Positions 21,489 through 24,000 of a stretch of 24,000 bases of DNA are shown here, one piece after another. Where the stretch lies: NCBI GenBank assembly GCA_035632695.1, contig DASQGG010000073.1, positions 1 through 24,000 on the forward strand. The letters are read 5' to 3'. The DNA is from Thermoplasmata archaeon. Its GTDB lineage: Archaea; Thermoplasmatota; Thermoplasmata; RBG-16-68-12. Made by a program: the position numbers and the translations under genes. The notes under the pieces were generated by a model. The model saw only the letters and a list, made by a program, of their open reading frames with translations. It ran no database searches and was not told the DNA's origin. Every line of letters starts with the position of its first letter. Position 1 is the stretch's first letter.

Positions 21489-24000
21489 CTAGGCCTTGGC
21501 CTCGACGCCGAGCTGCACGGCGAGGGCGCGAAGCTCTTCTTCCTTCTTCCGGAGCTTCTCCTCGCGGTCGAGTAGATCGAGCGCCTTCTTCTGGATGATC
21601 TTCACGCGGTTGTCGATGTCCCGCTTCCATTCGTCCATGTCGATCGTGCTCTTGGACGCCTTCTCGGCCTCCGCGAGCCGGACCTTGATCTTCTCGTTCT
21701 CTAGCTTGGCCTTCTCGAGGCGCGTCGCCATCTCCTCCTTCTCGGCCTCGAAGGCTCGGTCCTTCTGCTCTAGGATCTGGGCCCGGGACTCCAGGAGACG
21801 GTTCTGCTCGTCCATCGTGGCTTCGCGCGTGCGGAGCTTCTCCTCGCGATCGAGCACGTCGAGCGCCTTCTTCTGGAGGAACCGCATGTTCTTCGCGACC
21901 TCGGCCTGCATGGCGTCTGCCTGGGCTCGGAGCTTCTCCGCGTCGGAGCGGATGGTCTCGCCCTCCTTCCGTGCTTCCGCGGCGCGCCGTCGGTCATCGT
22001 CCGCTTCAGCGGCCTGGGCCTCCTGGTCACGGCGCAAGCGTTCGAGGGTTTGCATGCCGTCCCGGAGTTCGGAATCGCGCAGGGCCAGCATCTGCTCCCG
22101 CTTCGCGAGTTCCTGCTGATGCCCCGTGAGCCCCTTCTCGCGGGCGAGGAGCTCGGCCTCCTTGCGGTTGAGATCCTCCATGAGGTTGTCCGCTCGCTGG
22201 AGCTCCGTGGACAGGACCTGCTCGCGGTTCGTCACGTCCGCCAGCTTGGTCTCGACCGCGGAGTGATGGGTTTCGATTTCGGCCTGGCGCTTGTCCAACT
22301 GTGCGGCTAGGGCCGCGATGCGCTCGGCTTCCTGATCGAGGGACGCCTTGCGGCCCTTGAGGGTCTCCGAGGTTTCCGCGCTCCGCTTCTCGGCCTCCGC
22401 GAGGCGAGCCTGTAGGGCGTGGAGTTCTTTCGCCCGGGATTCGAGCTCGAGCTCCTTGGCGCCGAGGCGCTGGGACGCGTCCCGAAGCTGGGCCGTCTGG
22501 GCCTCTTGGGCCTTCTCCGCCTTCTCGGCGTCCGCGCGGCGGCTTTCCAAGACCGTCTGCGCGACGGCGAGCTCCTCGGCCTGACGCTTGGCTGCCTTCT
22601 CGGCCTCCGCGGCGACGTAGGTCCGCCGCTGGGCGTCCTCGATAAGCCGTTCGGACTGCTGCGTCTGCTCTGCGGCTGCGTCGCGCGTGGCCTCGAGCTG
22701 CTTGAGCTCCTCGCTCCTGCGGCTCGACCAGCCCGCCTTCTCCGCTTCGAATCCCTGGCGCGATTTGAGCAGCTCCTCTTCCATGGTCTTGAGTTCGACA
22801 AACCGCTTGTCGCTCCGCGCCCCGGCAGCCTCAATCTCGGTCTGGCGCGTGCCTTGGGCCTTCGCCTGGGCCTCGAGCCGGGTTCGCTCGATCTGTGCCT
22901 GGGTGAGCGTCGCGTTGAGGCTGTGCTCGCGCTGCTCGAGATCCTCCATCCGCTTCCGGATCTCCGCCTGGCGGGTTTCCGCGCTCGCGGCGAGCTGTTG
23001 TTCCTGGGACTTCAGGGTGGCCTGGAGGTCCTTCCATTCCTTCTGACGGGCCGCGGCCTCCGCCTCGAACGTCCGGACCGTCTCGTCGAACGCGGCGTGG
23101 CGGGCCTTCTGCTCCGCTTCACCCTGCGTGAAGGCCCCCTCGCGGGCCGTGAGTTCCGCCTGGTGGGCGTCCGCCTGCCGCTCCCGGGACTCGATCTCGC
23201 GCGTGCGTGCGTCGAGGTCCTGCTCCTCCGCGCGGAGTTCTTCCTCGCGAGCGGCCACGTCCTTCTCCCGGGCTGCCATCTCCCTGGCCTTCGCACCCAG
23301 CTTGTCCTGGAGGACGCTGGACTCGCGCTCGAGGCGTTCCCGCTCCGAAGTCAGGTCGGCCTCCTTCGCGGCGAGGGATTGACGCACGGCATCCGCCTCC
23401 GTCCGGAGGCGCAGGGACTCTGCGTCGAGGCGCTCCCGTCCCTGGCCGAGCTCGAGCTGCTTGGACTCGACCTGCTTCTCCATGGCCTGGAGGTCGGCTC
23501 TCTCCCGCGCGAGACGGTCCTCGTCCTGCCGCAGGGTCGACTGCTGACTCAGGAGGACCGCTTCCCGGGACGCGAGTTCGGCCTCCCGGGCGTCCAGCTG
23601 CTTGTTCCGGGTCTGGAGGTCGCCCTCCCGATCCTTAATCTTCTGGGTCTGGGTGGCGAGTTCTCGCTCCCACTGCGCCCTGCGGCCGGCGAGTTCCGCC
23701 TCCTCGGCCTGGAGAGCTTCCGTCCGCTTCTCGAGGATGACCGACTGCTCTGCGGCCTCCTCGCGAAGGTTCCGTTCCCGGGACTCGATCTCCATCGACC
23801 GCTGCTCGAGTTCCAGGCGGAGGCGCTCGCCCTCCGCCTTGAGATCGCCCGCGGCTTTCATGCTCTCCTTGGCCGCCGTTTCGCGCTTCGTGAGATCGGC
23901 CTCGTTGCGAGCGACCCACTCGATGTCGGTCTGGACCTTCCCCTCCCGTCCTTGGAGCTCATCCTCCCGTTGCTCGATCCGGATCATCCGGCCGGCCCAC
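21489..24000 (-). CDS. Giant repetitive coiled-coil protein (more than 830 aa; the N-terminus may lie outside the window)
   Basis: The ORF is still open at the window edge (WAGR precedes the Met at 23987). The composition is almost purely E/A/R/K/L/Q, with recurring EIESRER, AREAEL and QKKALDxLDREEKLR motifs. There are no TM segments and no recognisable globular or ATPase domain in the 832 aa visible. Confidence 0.8.
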   Translation of the reverse strand, partial: WAGRMIRIEQREDELQGREGKVQTDIEWVARNEADLTKRETAAKESMKAAGDLKAEGERLRLELEQRSMEIESRERNLREEAAEQSVILEKRTEALQAEEAELAGRRAQWERELATQTQKIKDREGDLQTRNKQLDAREAELASREAVLLSQQSTLRQDEDRLARERADLQAMEKQVESKQLELGQGRERLDAESLRLRTEADAVRQSLAAKEADLTSERERLERESSVLQDKLGAKAREMAAREKDVAAREEELRAEEQDLDARTREIESRERQADAHQAELTAREGAFTQGEAEQKARHAAFDETVRTFEAEAAARQKEWKDLQATLKSQEQQLAASAETRQAEIRKRMEDLEQREHSLNATLTQAQIERTRLEAQAKAQGTRQTEIEAAGARSDKRFVELKTMEEELLKSRQGFEAEKAGWSSRRSEELKQLEATRDAAAEQTQQSERLIEDAQRRTYVAAEAEKAAKRQAEELAVAQTVLESRRADAEKAEKAQEAQTAQLRDASQRLGAKELELESRAKELHALQARLAEAEKRSAETSETLKGRKASLDQEAERIAALAAQLDKRQAEIETHHSAVETKLADVTNREQVLSTELQRADNLMEDLNRKEAELLAREKGLTGHQQELAKREQMLALRDSELRDGMQTLERLRRDQEAQAAEADDDRRRAAEARKEGETIRSDAEKLRAQADAMQAEVAKNMRFLQKKALDVLDREEKLRTREATMDEQNRLLESRAQILEQKDRAFEAEKEEMATRLEKAKLENEKIKVRLAEAEKASKSTIDMDEWKRDIDNRVKIIQKKALDLLDREEKLRKKEEELRALAVQLGVEAKA

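Noticed and set aside
21496-23638. Several plus-strand ORFs, rich in Ser and Arg or in Pro, Gly and Arg, opposite the coiled-coil gene.
   Set aside because: These are complements of GAG/GCC/CGC-rich coiled-coil codons and show no independent coding evidence.
1-24000. A search for CRISPR repeats, IS elements or terminal inverted repeats, integrase or transposase genes, toxin-antitoxin genes or known defence genes.
   Set aside because: I found no regularly spaced direct repeats and no recognisable mobile-element or defence proteins. The gene content is housekeeping and the composition looks uniform.

Overview
The window is a high-GC (about two-thirds G+C, judged by eye) and very tightly packed chromosomal segment that is almost certainly archaeal. 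It encodes both subunits of the archaea-specific GatD/GatE amidotransferase. It also encodes a zinc-type dicluster ferredoxin of the kind known from Sulfolobales and Thermoplasmatales, which suggests a Thermoplasmatota-like lineage, but this is inference only. I can support 27 protein genes on both strands plus one gene relic. These include DUF885 (partial), an Asp-box beta-propeller surface protein, gatE, gatD, a UPF0248 protein, malate dehydrogenase, AlaX, acyl-CoA dehydrogenase and a tandem GNAT. They also include a Nudix-fold protein with a dead Nudix box, a B12-domain-like radical SAM enzyme, a BCP-type peroxiredoxin, a ThrC-family enzyme and a 3-Cys LarE. The rest are a DtxR/IdeR-type repressor divergent from an FTR1 iron permease, a Zn-ferredoxin, a Cys/Met-metabolism PLP enzyme, Ogt, and a giant coiled-coil protein of more than 830 aa that runs off the window, plus several small unknowns. 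I found no rRNA, tRNA, CRISPR array, transposase, integrase or recognisable defence genes, so this looks like core rather than accessory DNA and I do not claim a clearly new system. Five things are most worth a second look. (1) A self-contained micro-unit (promoter, structured leader, 14-codon polybasic ORF, hairpin plus 31-nt pyrimidine tract) sits in the largest intergenic gap. (2) The dtxR/FTR1 divergent region carries split iron-box-like half sites abutting the permease TATA box. (3) The giant repetitive coiled-coil protein has no ATPase at its C-terminal end. (4) Two unknown genes are wedged between gatD and gatE. (5) The Nudix-fold protein has lost all catalytic glutamates. AT-rich TATA-like boxes recur 25-40 nt upstream of start codons, and several are shared by divergent gene pairs. 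Many starts are non-ATG (TTG or GTG). Convergent genes abut or overlap. The many long ORFs in the six-frame track that lie antisense to real genes are high-GC shadow ORFs.
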